DNA of 64,000 nt from an uncultured cyanobacterium (GTDB lineage: Bacteria > Cyanobacteriota > Cyanobacteriia > Cyanobacteriales > CAWUOF01): NCBI GenBank assembly GCA_963744145.1, contig CAVUSO010000001.1:6752001-6816000 (forward strand), in the 5' to 3' direction. The notes below the pieces were generated by a model. It saw only the letters and a program-made list of their open reading frames with translations, was not told the DNA's origin and did no database searches. The stretch's first letter is position 1; every line of letters begins with the position of its first letter. Below are positions 1 to 9,503 of this stretch, one piece after another. The translations under genes were made by a program, and so were the position numbers.

Positions 1-247
1 GAAGAAATGGGTAGCCCTAGCTGATTTAGCGTCTGTCCCCAAGGTTGGTTGCCAGTATTGTGGGCTATTACTCCACGCTGGGATTTCTTCTTCGGCTCAG
101 TTAGCCCGGACTCCCTTGCCGAAGTTACACCAACAAATTTTAAGACTACAAGTGGCAACGATGCAGCGTCGGGATCTTTGTCCATTAGCTAGTGATCTGC
201 AAATTTGGATCAAACAAGCGCAATTGATTGCCAATATTTTAGGTTAA
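1..247 (+). CDS. DUF4332-like protein, C-terminal part (5' end outside the window)
   Basis: Frame starting at base 2 reads KKWVALADLASVPKVGCQYCGLLLHAGI...RRDLCP...WIKQAQLIANILG* with TAA at 245-247. Not in the ORF track. Confidence 0.7.
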   Translation, partial: KKWVALADLASVPKVGCQYCGLLLHAGISSSAQLARTPLPKLHQQILRLQVATMQRRDLCPLASDLQIWIKQAQLIANILG

Positions 248-1054
248 TCCGAGACGCGGCAAACCAGAGCCCGATGAGCCTGGAGTAGGTGAACCGGACT
301 GAGGTAAACTCAGATAAGCAAGATTCGATTGAGTCCCGCTGGGTGGTTGGGCTTCTTGTTGTCGCATGATTACTTGATGATCGACATAAATCCCAATTGC
401 ACCATCAAGTTTAGCTTGGGCTAGATTAGCTCCACTGAGATTGGCTCCACTGAGATTGGCTCCACTCAAATTAGCATTTAATAAGTTAGCACTACTTAAG
501 TTTGTCCCGCTCAAATTAGCATCGCTTAGATCTGCATTTACTAATCGGGCATCACTCAGATCTGCATTGGAAAGATTGGCTCCGATCATTTGTGTATGTC
601 CAAGATTAGCACCTTTGAGTTGGGCTCCAATCAGATTAGCATTCACTAGCTGGGCCCCGATTAAGTTCCCACCATCTAATTCGGCTCCACTTAAATTCGC
701 TTCGGTTAAGTTAGCTTTGACTAAATTGCCACAAATTAGTTCAGCCCCGCTTAATTGGACCCCCGTCATCTGGGCTTCAAATAAGTTGATTCCTTTCGCA
801 TCAACTCCGCTTAAGTCCGTATTGGTCAAGTCTGCTGCCACTAAATTGGCGAAACTTAAATCAGCACCACTTAAGTTAGCATTATTAAGCTGAGCCCCAT
901 TTAGGTTCGCAAATCTTAATTTGGCTCCACTTAAGTCTGCCCCTTTGAGATTTAATCGTGGAAGGTGGGCATCATTTAAGTCCCCTCCTTGACATTGCTT
1001 GGTCTCGAGCAAACGTTTGATGTGTGTGTTATTTCCAGCCATATTCCTTCTCAA
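239..1054 (-). CDS. Pentapeptide repeat protein
   Basis: Long A(D/N)LxG pentapeptide array, N-terminal LLETKQC motif, low-complexity tail. Confidence 0.9.
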   Translation of the reverse strand: MRRNMAGNNTHIKRLLETKQCQGGDLNDAHLPRLNLKGADLSGAKLRFANLNGAQLNNANLSGADLSFANLVAADLTNTDLSGVDAKGINLFEAQMTGVQLSGAELICGNLVKANLTEANLSGAELDGGNLIGAQLVNANLIGAQLKGANLGHTQMIGANLSNADLSDARLVNADLSDANLSGTNLSSANLLNANLSGANLSGANLSGANLAQAKLDGAIGIYVDHQVIMRQQEAQPPSGTQSNLAYLSLPQSGSPTPGSSGSGLPRLGLT

Positions 1055-1271
1055 AATGGCAGCCCTGGGAGTCTCTGAAATTAGAGATGATGGGCTATTA
1101 ATAGTAAGCAGTTTAGTTAGAGGGTTTACTTAGGTTAAGCTATTACTTACACCTAAATAAATAAAATCATTAAATTGCTTAATTATATAATAAAATTAGC
1201 GGAAAATTAGAGATATGGTAACAAAGGTATAGTGAAAAAGTTCTAAAAATGTTCTGGCTGGTGGAAGCCTA

Positions 1272-2219
1272 ATGAGTATAGATAAAATTGTTGAACAGGC
1301 AATCAAGATTGGCTATTTGACCCCAGAGATCGAAGCGGAACTTGGACGCTTCTGTGATCAGACGGTTGAATTATCCGTCGAAGACTATATGGCTTTGGAT
1401 CGTTTGATGGAGGTGCTCCTAGCTATCCCACCCACATCACCTCGCAAATATTTTGTCAATGTGATGGAAGGGTTGGTGATGGAACAGATCATTGGTCATC
1501 TCACCGAAATTGGTACTAACCGGGAATCGACTTTGGATTTAGGTGATATTGCTCCCTATGCCTTAAATAGATTACCCCATTTATATGCAACTACAGTAGA
1601 AGGGACGAATTTTCAACGTCAACGGGCCCAAGCAGAGTTGCAGGAGTTGATTGTTGAGCAGGTACAGAAAGCGATCGCAGTTAGTTTACAGCGACCCAAT
1701 CTCGGTCCAGATCGTCAACCTTTAAGGGTCAGAAAAGGAAAACGACTGAGTAAGCAGATGATTCAGCAGATGAATACCTTGCTCCAAAGTCAAGCACCGA
1801 ATTTGCCCAATCCCAGTGTTAATTATTCCGAATCCCGTCCCCTCTTACCACTGGTAATCGCTCCAGGACAGTTTCGCTTTCTGAGTGTACCAACAGGAGT
1901 TTGGTGCGCTCCACCAACGGCACCTGGGTTTCGTTATGCAATGACTTCTACGGCTTTATTTACTCGGATTCTGAATTTTCCTCAAGGGTTTGATGGTTTT
2001 TTCACTGTATCTGTAGGAGAAAGAATTCTGGGTCACTTTAATCATGGCGATCGACTAGATTTTATAGCTTTATGTGGTCGGGGGATTGCCGAATTCACGA
2101 TTATTGGGATCAAACCAGCTCAAAATGCTTCTGATGCTGATGTTTTTCCCGTCCAATTAGAATTTAGTCATCCCCTGGTGAGTTTTGAAATGCGATCGCT
2201 AGAGGAAAGTAAACCCTAA
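1272..2219 (+). CDS. ComFB-family domain protein with a small N-terminal helical domain and an extra C-terminal beta domain
   Basis: VNVMEGLV...DIAPYALNRLPHLYAT is the ComFB-type motif. Confidence 0.7.
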   Translation: MSIDKIVEQAIKIGYLTPEIEAELGRFCDQTVELSVEDYMALDRLMEVLLAIPPTSPRKYFVNVMEGLVMEQIIGHLTEIGTNRESTLDLGDIAPYALNRLPHLYATTVEGTNFQRQRAQAELQELIVEQVQKAIAVSLQRPNLGPDRQPLRVRKGKRLSKQMIQQMNTLLQSQAPNLPNPSVNYSESRPLLPLVIAPGQFRFLSVPTGVWCAPPTAPGFRYAMTSTALFTRILNFPQGFDGFFTVSVGERILGHFNHGDRLDFIALCGRGIAEFTIIGIKPAQNASDADVFPVQLEFSHPLVSFEMRSLEESKP

Positions 2220-2291
2220 TGGGCTTTAGGGAAAATCCATTTTATAGTAAAAGTTCAAATTGATTTCCATCAATATGGGAAGTGTAATTGC

Positions 2292-2811
2292 ATGACTGGA
2301 TCGGCGAAAATTCAAAGTTTATACACTGATGGGGCTTGCTCAGGTAATCCCGGCCCAGGCGGATGGGGCGTGGTAATTTGTTATAGCGATCGCTCTATCC
2401 ATGAACTAGGTGGTCGTGATGGACAAACGACTAACAACCGGATGGAAATGCAAGCAGCGATCGCTGCTTTAAAGTTCCTGAGGGAATCTGGACAAAAAGA
2501 GCCAGTTACTCTCTACACTGATAGCGAATACCTCAAAAACGGTATTACCAAATGGATTCAAGGTTGGAAGAAAAAAAACTGGATCACATCAACCGGAAAA
2601 CCAGTACTGAAACCAAGACCTCTGGCAGCTACTTGATCAGATCAATAGTAAACAAATTAAATGGGAATATGTGCGCGGTCACTCGGGCGACCGATATAAT
2701 GATCGTTGTGATGCGATCGCGCGTGGTTTTGCCCAAAGTAAACCTCCAGCGCTCAAACAATTACCTACAAATAGTCCAATTGTTGCAGAGGTAACCGAAG
2801 TAGAAAGTTAA
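2292..2811 (+). CDS. rnhA: Ribonuclease HI, with +1 frameshift near 2610 (probable sequence error)
   Basis: [23 protein letters not shown] and YTDSEY motifs. Removing one A at 2610-2612 restores [12 protein letters not shown]...[14 protein letters not shown]. Confidence 0.9.
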
Positions 2812-2870
2812 ATAAAGGTATCATCTAAGTTTAATGTGCACGCTAACTTCCTCGCTGTAATTCGGCACTT

Positions 2871-3149
2871 ATGGACGTAACCGCTAATTATTCGGCTGAT
2901 GCTCAGGAAAACTTACCTCGGGAGGTAAGGGTTGCCCAACTTAGCAACCTGGTAGAAACCCTACGGATGGCTGATGAAATCGCGCAAAAACGTTATCTAA
3001 TTACCAGTTCAGAACTAGCAGACTTAATGGATATCAATGCTAGCGCTGTCACCAGTCGAGGTGATAATTGGGTGTGGCGAAATTGGATTGTATCCAGGGT
3101 ACGCAGAGAAGGTAATCAAATTCTCTGGCAATTAGAACGGGTAGACTGA
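2871..3149 (+). CDS. Conserved cyanobacterial hypothetical protein downstream of rnhA
   Basis: 92-aa ORF, ITSSELADLMDINASAVTSRG...WRNW motif, possible HTH. Confidence 0.7.
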   Translation: MDVTANYSADAQENLPREVRVAQLSNLVETLRMADEIAQKRYLITSSELADLMDINASAVTSRGDNWVWRNWIVSRVRREGNQILWQLERVD

Positions 3150-3165
3150 TTAGCACTAAACCTAA

Positions 3166-3347
3166 TTTAGTGGGATGAGAGTTCGAGGGATTCAGAACTT
3201 TTACCGGAAATCATCGATACAAATCGATTTCCGGAGCGACAATTCCCTAGACAGAATCCCCAATCTGGGGTTTAATGGGTAAATTGGCCAAATGCTGGCC
3301 GGGTCTAGGACAGATTTGGATTGCCAAATCGATAAAATCCCACTAAA
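3166..3347 (+). ncRNA. Candidate structured RNA or cis-regulatory leader, family not recognised
   Basis: 11-bp closing stem TTTAGTGGGAT/ATCCCACTAAA encloses six more helices. G-U pairs fit the + strand. Confidence 0.5.
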
Positions 3348-3444
3348 AACCTCTAATGACCGAGTACCCTAGTTAAATAGCAAATACATCCCACCAATCG
3401 CGTGAATGCAGACGAACCTCAACCTCAAAATTTGATTCGGCCTA

Positions 3445-4749
3445 TTGACGGCTGTGGCCATTGTTGTGGCCGACATGATCGGTACAGGTGTTTTTACCAG
3501 TTTGGGATTTCAAGCTGGGGACATTAAATCAGGTTTTGCTTTACTATTTTTATGGATAGTAGGTGGAATTCTGGCTGTCTGTGGTGCCCTTTCCTATGGA
3601 GAACTAGCAGCCGTAATGCCTAGATCCGGGGGCGAATATCATTATTTATCCAAAACTTTTCACCCAGCAATTGGCTTTTTGTCCGGCTGGATTTCCACGA
3701 CGGTTGGTTTTGCAGCACCGACAGCCGCAGCAGGAATGGCTTTTGGTCAATATTTTTCTCAAGTTTTCCCCCTACTTAATCCTCAAGCGATCGCGTTGGG
3801 GATAGTAATCACCATTGCGCTAATTCATCTCAAAGATTTAAAAATAGTAAGTTATTTTCAAAATATTTCGACAATTTTGAAAGTATCACTTATTGTGATT
3901 TTGATCGTTGCTGGACTTTTGGTTAGCCAACCCCAGACCATTAGCTTCCTACCAACTAGCGAGGATGGAGCGATAATTTTTAGCACTCCATTTGCGGTTT
4001 CTTTAGTATTTGTCATGTATGCTTATTCGGGTTGGAATGCTTCGATCTATATTGCCAATGAAATCAAAGACCCGGAAAAAAATATTCCACGTTCCTTATT
4101 AGCAGGCACCTTAATTGTGTTAGGGTTGTATTTGCTAACTAACTTTATTTTTCTTTATTCTACACCGATCGCCGACTTAGCTGCGGCCAAAGAAAAAGTA
4201 GCGGCGGTGGCTGCCCAAAATATTTTTGGGGAAATCGGTGGTAAGATCATCAGCTTGCTAATCTCAATTGGGTTAATATCAGCCATCAGTTCCATGACCT
4301 GGGCTGGTCCGCGGGTAACTCAAGTGATTGGTGAAGATATCCCATTTTTCAAGCTTTTAGCCCGAAAAAATGCAAAAGGAATTCCTTTCCTTGCGATCCT
4401 GCTCCAGTTAGGGATTGTAATTTTTCTAGTGATTACTTCTTCCTTTGAAACAGTTGTCACCTATCTAGGGTTTACCCTGACCTTGTCTTCTTTTATAACT
4501 GTTTTAGGTGTATTCGTACATAGATTTCGGTATCCCGATATGCCTCGACCCTATCAAACCTGGGGATATCCAGTCACACCGATCATCTTTTTGCTCATCA
4601 GTCTGTGGATGCTGATTTTTACTTTTCAAGGTAAACCAATGGAATCCTTAGCAGGATTAGGAACTATTTGTCTAGGATTACCTGTATATTTTATTGCTGC
4701 TAAAAATCAGTTAGTATCTTCAGAATCACAAATTTCCACAAAAGATTAA
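3445..4749 (+). CDS. APC-family amino acid permease (start uncertain)
   Basis: MIGTGVF, YGELAA..PRSGGEY and YAYSGWN motifs, about 12 TM segments. An in-frame ATG at 3406 is cut off by TGA at 3433-3435. Confidence 0.9.
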   Translation: MTAVAIVVADMIGTGVFTSLGFQAGDIKSGFALLFLWIVGGILAVCGALSYGELAAVMPRSGGEYHYLSKTFHPAIGFLSGWISTTVGFAAPTAAAGMAFGQYFSQVFPLLNPQAIALGIVITIALIHLKDLKIVSYFQNISTILKVSLIVILIVAGLLVSQPQTISFLPTSEDGAIIFSTPFAVSLVFVMYAYSGWNASIYIANEIKDPEKNIPRSLLAGTLIVLGLYLLTNFIFLYSTPIADLAAAKEKVAAVAAQNIFGEIGGKIISLLISIGLISAISSMTWAGPRVTQVIGEDIPFFKLLARKNAKGIPFLAILLQLGIVIFLVITSSFETVVTYLGFTLTLSSFITVLGVFVHRFRYPDMPRPYQTWGYPVTPIIFLLISLWMLIFTFQGKPMESLAGLGTICLGLPVYFIAAKNQLVSSESQISTKD

Positions 4750-4770
4750 ATTGGCTGGGAAACACCTTCT

Positions 4771-5982
4771 ATGAATAGCAAGAAAATCCGCTCCGTTTTC
4801 GCTACAATATTACCGTTTTTGATTTTGATTCAGGCTTGTACAAATAAACCAGATCCTGTTGCTAATTCTCCTCAAGCTACTGGATCTCCAAAAGCTGATA
4901 AATCCACTAAACTACCAACCGGAGAAAAAACTCCTACTCCAACTGCTAATATTGACTCAGAAAAAGCCGCAAAGCTAACTAATGAAGCTAAGTTTCTTGC
5001 GGGTATAAAGGGAGATGAAAATGGGCAATTTGCAGCAAGTGAAAAAACCGCAGCTTGGAAAGATCATGCTAGCTATTTTGACGGTGCTTGGGACAAATTA
5101 AATAAACAACAAATAGCGAAAATAAAAAGCTGGTCAGACAAGGAATTAAAATCAATTAATGAATCACCTCAACCCATATTTTATCCCTTTAGTGGTCCAG
5201 ATTTTTTATATGGTTTTTCTTTTTTCCCAAAAGGAAGTAACTATATACTAGTTGGATTAGAACCGGTGGGAACTTTACCTGATCTCGATCAAAAATCTGA
5301 AAAGGTAATTGATCAGAAATTACAGGATATTGAAAAAGCATTGGGTGCAATTCTGCAATTAAGCTTTTTCCGAACTAATGATATGAAAGTGGATTTAGCG
5401 GATAAAGGTGTTGTCCCAATTTTATTTGTTTTTTTAGCCCGGACAGATAATAAAATCGTGGATCTGAATTATATCAGGCTGAAAAAAGATGGTACATGGG
5501 AAGTAGAAGGTAAGGATAAAAAAGATAGTCAAGGAGTAAAAATTGATTTCGTCTCCAAAGGAGATACTCAACCGCGATCGCTTTATTATTTCTCAGTGGA
5601 TTTATCTAATGATGGATTACAAAAAAATCCCGAATTTAATAAATTTGTGCAAAGTTTTGGGAAATCTACCACTTATCTGAAAGCTGCATCTTATTTGATG
5701 CACAATGAAGAATTTTCGACGATCCGCAATTTAATTACTTCGCAAAGTAGTACGGTTTTACAAGATGATTCGGGGATTCCCCTAAAAAACTTTGATCCGG
5801 CTAAATGGAATTTGGAATTTTACGGTAATTATACCCAACCGATCGCGCTATTTTCCAACAGATATCAAGATGACTTAAGGAGTAAATATAAAAGTGGAAA
5901 AGATATCAAACCTCTAGATTTTGGGATTGGTTATCAATATGAAGTCAATACATCGAATTTAATGTTAGCAACTTCTAAATAA
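4771..5982 (+). CDS. Uncharacterised putative lipoprotein
   Basis: Signal peptide with lipobox-like IQAC, P/T/K-rich linker, motifs FYPFSGPDFL, YLKAASYLMH, LQDDSGIP. Confidence 0.75.
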   Translation: MNSKKIRSVFATILPFLILIQACTNKPDPVANSPQATGSPKADKSTKLPTGEKTPTPTANIDSEKAAKLTNEAKFLAGIKGDENGQFAASEKTAAWKDHASYFDGAWDKLNKQQIAKIKSWSDKELKSINESPQPIFYPFSGPDFLYGFSFFPKGSNYILVGLEPVGTLPDLDQKSEKVIDQKLQDIEKALGAILQLSFFRTNDMKVDLADKGVVPILFVFLARTDNKIVDLNYIRLKKDGTWEVEGKDKKDSQGVKIDFVSKGDTQPRSLYYFSVDLSNDGLQKNPEFNKFVQSFGKSTTYLKAASYLMHNEEFSTIRNLITSQSSTVLQDDSGIPLKNFDPAKWNLEFYGNYTQPIALFSNRYQDDLRSKYKSGKDIKPLDFGIGYQYEVNTSNLMLATSK

Positions 5983-5997
5983 TCACGCATTGTGGAG

Positions 5998-6027
5998 ATG
6001 AGAGCGTGATGATGAGAACGCTCTCAT
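5998..6027. terminator. Hairpin after the lipoprotein gene
   Basis: ATGAGAGCGT...ACGCTCTCAT 10-bp stem between convergent genes. Confidence 0.4.
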
Positions 6028-6042
6028 GTTCTTTATCAATGC

Positions 6043-6072
6043 AAACGCTGATGAACGCTGATGAACGCTGAT
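6043..6072 (+). repeat. 10-bp tandem array (GAACGCTGAT x3)
   Basis: Direct reading; inverted counterpart of 6294-6343. Confidence 0.9.
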
Positions 6073-6293
6073 GGGATTAATGGGATTAGAAATTTCGGAC
6101 GACTGGTAATTTCCCACAACAATACCGTCATACCAGACTTGAAGAGGCTTTTGCTGCTCAACCTGCAAACCAACTTTCCTCAACTCATGCACCAGGGCAT
6201 TTTCATAAACTCGCTCCAAAAAACCAACCCCCAGCGTATTACCCACCTTAAACGCACACCCAATAATCATCTCCGTTACCTGATTCAACTCCA

Positions 6294-6343
6294 ATCTGCG
6301 TTCATCTGCGTTCATCTGCGTTCATCTGCGTTCATCTGCGTTC
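6294..6343 (+). repeat. 10-bp tandem array (ATCTGCGTTC x5)
   Basis: Direct reading; overlaps the GxxExxY start. Confidence 0.95.
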
Positions 6344-6413
6344 AAATACTAATATTTCTTAAAAGCATCTTTAACTTGAGGTAATAAATCTTCAATTAGT
6401 CACTGTAGAACAA

Positions 6414-6485
<72 letters not shown>

Positions 6486-6539
6486 ACAGACTATCATCAT
6501 AATCTAGTTCCAACTAATTTGCAACTAGATTGATCAATA

Positions 6540-7271
6540 TTAATCTCCTTGGGGGTATTCGTCCCATAAATTTGTCGTTTGTCGTAAACTGAGATGATCC
6601 CCGTTACCCAAAATCAAATGATCTAGCAGTGGGATTTGCAAATATTGGGCTGCAATTAATAATTGACGGGTCAAGGAAATATCTTCTTGACTTGGTTCTG
6701 TATTCCCTGATGGATGATTATGGGCAATAATTAAACGGGTGGCTCCTTGACGAATTACTTCTCGAAATATCTCCCGGGGATGAGCTAGAGTTTCGGTAGC
6801 AGTACCGATGGTAATTACTTTAGTCCCAAGTAAGCGATTTTTGACATCTAACAAAACCACCGCAAATCGCTCCTGACTTTTCCACATTAATTCGTGGGAA
6901 AGTGCAGCAGCAGCAGTGCTGGGACTATCGATGATGGTGAGATCCGATGGTCGGAACTGAAAAACTCGTTTTCCTAATTCGATCGCGGCGATAATAGTAG
7001 TAGCTTTAGCTGGACCCACACCATGAATTTGAGTCAATTCCTGAACACTGATATCTCGCAACACTTCTAATGGATCACGTTGGTGTTCACCTAGTTGTTG
7101 CAATATATATTGTCCCAAACCAACCGCGGAAAGTTTACCATGTCCTTGACCTGTACCTAGTAACATCGCGATTAGTTCTGCGGTAGCTAGGTTTTTCGCA
7201 CCATAAGCGATTAATCGTTCACGAGGTCGTTCACTAGCTGGTAAATCGATAATTCTCAGACTATAGGTCAT
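6540..7271 (-). CDS. radC: RadC family JAB-domain protein
   Basis: ERPRERL, HhH motif, AHNHPSG and LLDHLI motifs. Confidence 0.95.
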   Translation of the reverse strand: MTYSLRIIDLPASERPRERLIAYGAKNLATAELIAMLLGTGQGHGKLSAVGLGQYILQQLGEHQRDPLEVLRDISVQELTQIHGVGPAKATTIIAAIELGKRVFQFRPSDLTIIDSPSTAAAALSHELMWKSQERFAVVLLDVKNRLLGTKVITIGTATETLAHPREIFREVIRQGATRLIIAHNHPSGNTEPSQEDISLTRQLLIAAQYLQIPLLDHLILGNGDHLSLRQTTNLWDEYPQGD

Positions 7272-7399
7272 TGTTCCGATCGCAAGTTATCAAAACAGCG
7301 CAGGGATTTTAGCCGAACTTTAGTCTTTTGAATGGCAATTTTCTAGAAAAAATGTGATTATTTCTGAATCAGTAGGATTACTCATCGCTAGCTGAAACT

Positions 7400-8005
7400 T
7401 TATTTACCCATTTTCACATGATATTTAATAAAATTGACTACTGTTTCTAATCCAATCTGATTTTTCAAATTAGTAAAAACCAAGGGTTTCTCTCCACGCA
7501 TTTTTTTAGCATCCCGCTCCATGATCCTTAAATCAGCACCGACTTGGGGAGCAAGATCAATTTTGTTAATTACCAATAAGTCAGATTTAGTAATTCCTGG
7601 ACCACCTTTGCGAGGAATTTTATCTCCAGCCGCAACATCGATTACATAAATGGTAAGATCTGCTAACTCTGGACTAAAAGTAGAAGCAAGATTATCACCT
7701 CCACTTTCCACAAATAAAATTTCTAAATCTAAAAATCGCTGTTCTAATTCTTCGATCGCAGCTAGATTAATCGAAGCATCTTCGCGAATTGCGGTATGGG
7801 GACATCCCCCAGTTTCTACACCAATAATCCGATCGCTGGTTAAAGCTTGACTTCTGACTAAAAATTCTGCATCTTCTTGGGTATAAATATCATTAGTTAC
7901 TACTGCAATCTGATATTCTTGTCTCATTTCCTTACATAAGGAATCAACTAAAGCAGTTTTTCCTGAACCAACTGGACCAGCTATCCCGATTCTGAGCGTA
8001 TTCAT
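7400..8005 (-). CDS. ureG: Urease accessory GTPase UreG
   Basis: [26 protein letters not shown]. Confidence 0.97.
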   Translation of the reverse strand: MNTLRIGIAGPVGSGKTALVDSLCKEMRQEYQIAVVTNDIYTQEDAEFLVRSQALTSDRIIGVETGGCPHTAIREDASINLAAIEELEQRFLDLEILFVESGGDNLASTFSPELADLTIYVIDVAAGDKIPRKGGPGITKSDLLVINKIDLAPQVGADLRIMERDAKKMRGEKPLVFTNLKNQIGLETVVNFIKYHVKMGK

Positions 8006-8008
8006 ATT

Positions 8009-8680
8009 TTAGCTGCGAAACAAACGAGTGTAAAGGGTTTCATGTTCCATACTAGCTAAAGCTAATCCCCATGTACAGCTATGGAGATCCTCATCTGCTA
8101 ATTTGATAATTATTTGAGTAGCATTATTAATATCTGAATGTAACTCTAGCAAGATTTGCTGTCCGACGGTTTGACCCAGAGGAATTAGTTTAATTCCAGC
8201 AGTGATCAAGTTGGTTGTCCAAGTATGCAAATAACTTAGTAAAGCATCTTTACAATTAATTTGCCATATTGATGCACCGATCGCATAAGCAATGGGATAA
8301 TGACATGGTTTCCCTATCCCTTGCGCGATCGCTTTGATCGGTAAATCTAAATCAATCAATAACCGCATTAAAGTATTACCCATTTGGGCACTTTGTAAAC
8401 GTAATTCTTCGGTTTCCTTTACTGCTGATATCCAATTATTCCATCTACTTAAACCGAACTGATCTCCCTGACTACAACAATGATAAGCTCGCACCATTAT
8501 CGCTGCTTCTAAACGAATTGCTCCATAGGACAATTCTTGTTTGATCCAATCTGCTAAACTTTCCCGATTTGCGATCGCACCTGATCCTACTAGAGTTTCT
8601 AATCCTTCTGAATAACTATAAGCTCCTACCGGTAAAACCGGACTAGCTAACTGTAATAATCCTAATAGGTTATTCATCAT
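8009..8680 (-). CDS. ureF: Urease accessory protein UreF
   Basis: LPVGAYSYSEGLE...HETLYTRLFRS. Confidence 0.95.
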   Translation of the reverse strand: MMNNLLGLLQLASPVLPVGAYSYSEGLETLVGSGAIANRESLADWIKQELSYGAIRLEAAIMVRAYHCCSQGDQFGLSRWNNWISAVKETEELRLQSAQMGNTLMRLLIDLDLPIKAIAQGIGKPCHYPIAYAIGASIWQINCKDALLSYLHTWTTNLITAGIKLIPLGQTVGQQILLELHSDINNATQIIIKLADEDLHSCTWGLALASMEHETLYTRLFRS

Positions 8681-8686
8681 CTAATT

Positions 8687-9154
8687 TTAATGCTCATGTT
8701 TTTGTACATAAGCTCCGATTTCTGGTTGAAAAGGTACAGTTTCCTCCTTCACTTCTACTCCTAACTGGATCAGCATTGATTTTAAAACTGGATCGGGTAA
8801 TAGACGTAGATAACCCGAAGTAATTTCTAAAGCGATATGACGATTACCCAAATGATACGCAGCTCGGATTAAGTCTAAGGTTGTCTGAGCAGTTACGGTT
8901 ATGACTGGTTCTGGTTTAGCTACTACTCTGACTTGGAGACTACCATCTTCTGATCCTAGAATATCGCGATCGCGCAACACTGTACCTCTGGGTAAATGCA
9001 CATATAAAATCTGTCCATCTACCAGATAAGCGTGATTTCTGGTCTGAGTCCGTTCTTGGGCAGTTAAAGGAAGTTCAATATTAACATCCAGAGCCGTCGT
9101 CCTAGGTAAAAATTGGGTTAAATTTGGTAATTTCTGTCCCGCTAAAATATTCAT
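8687..9154 (-). CDS. ureE: Urease accessory protein UreE
   Basis: AYHLGNRH, FQPEIGAY, short His tail. Confidence 0.95.
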   Translation of the reverse strand: MNILAGQKLPNLTQFLPRTTALDVNIELPLTAQERTQTRNHAYLVDGQILYVHLPRGTVLRDRDILGSEDGSLQVRVVAKPEPVITVTAQTTLDLIRAAYHLGNRHIALEITSGYLRLLPDPVLKSMLIQLGVEVKEETVPFQPEIGAYVQKHEH

Positions 9155-9503
9155 ATAATTTTATTTTTTTACTCTAATTGTATCTTTAAACACATTACTA
9201 GATTTTTAGCGAGCAAAAACCTAGTATTTAGGGGATTAATTTTTACCAAAATCCTTCGCTCAACCTCTAGGAAAGAGAATAGGGATGGAAAACATCTCTT
9301 GTGAAAGTAGAAAGCAACCATCCCCCATCTCAAGGAGAAACTTATGGCTTATAGACAAACTTATAATTAAGATAGTTCCTTCATATCATAATTTTATATT
9401 TCATTAATTACTTTATTTACAAATTTTAATTTTTTGGCAAAGGTCATTAGGAAAAAACCATAAAGATTTACTATATATTCAGTCTTTTCATGATTTTGCT
9501 GTT

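Larger units (their letters stand above)
5983..6315 (-). pseudogene. GxxExxY family (PD-(D/E)XK-like) gene, 3'-truncated
   Basis: IIGCAFKVGNTLGVGFLERVYENALVHEL. Similarity stops after VVGNYQ; the D..V...ELK half is missing. Confidence 0.8.

Noticed and set aside
441..893. Antisense ORFs over the pentapeptide and WD40 genes (also 17532-18740)
   Set aside because: Shadow frames produced by repetitive coding sequence
3433..3435. Selenocysteine readthrough of in-frame TGA codons (also 49778-49780)
   Set aside because: No SECIS-like hairpin evident just downstream and no Cys-type catalytic context
6061..6384. 107-aa plus-strand ORF
   Set aside because: Antisense to GxxExxY; begins in one repeat array and runs through the other
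9180..9193. NtcA-like site upstream of ureE (GTG-N8-TAC on the minus strand)
   Set aside because: Non-canonical, and no properly spaced -10 element before the start codon
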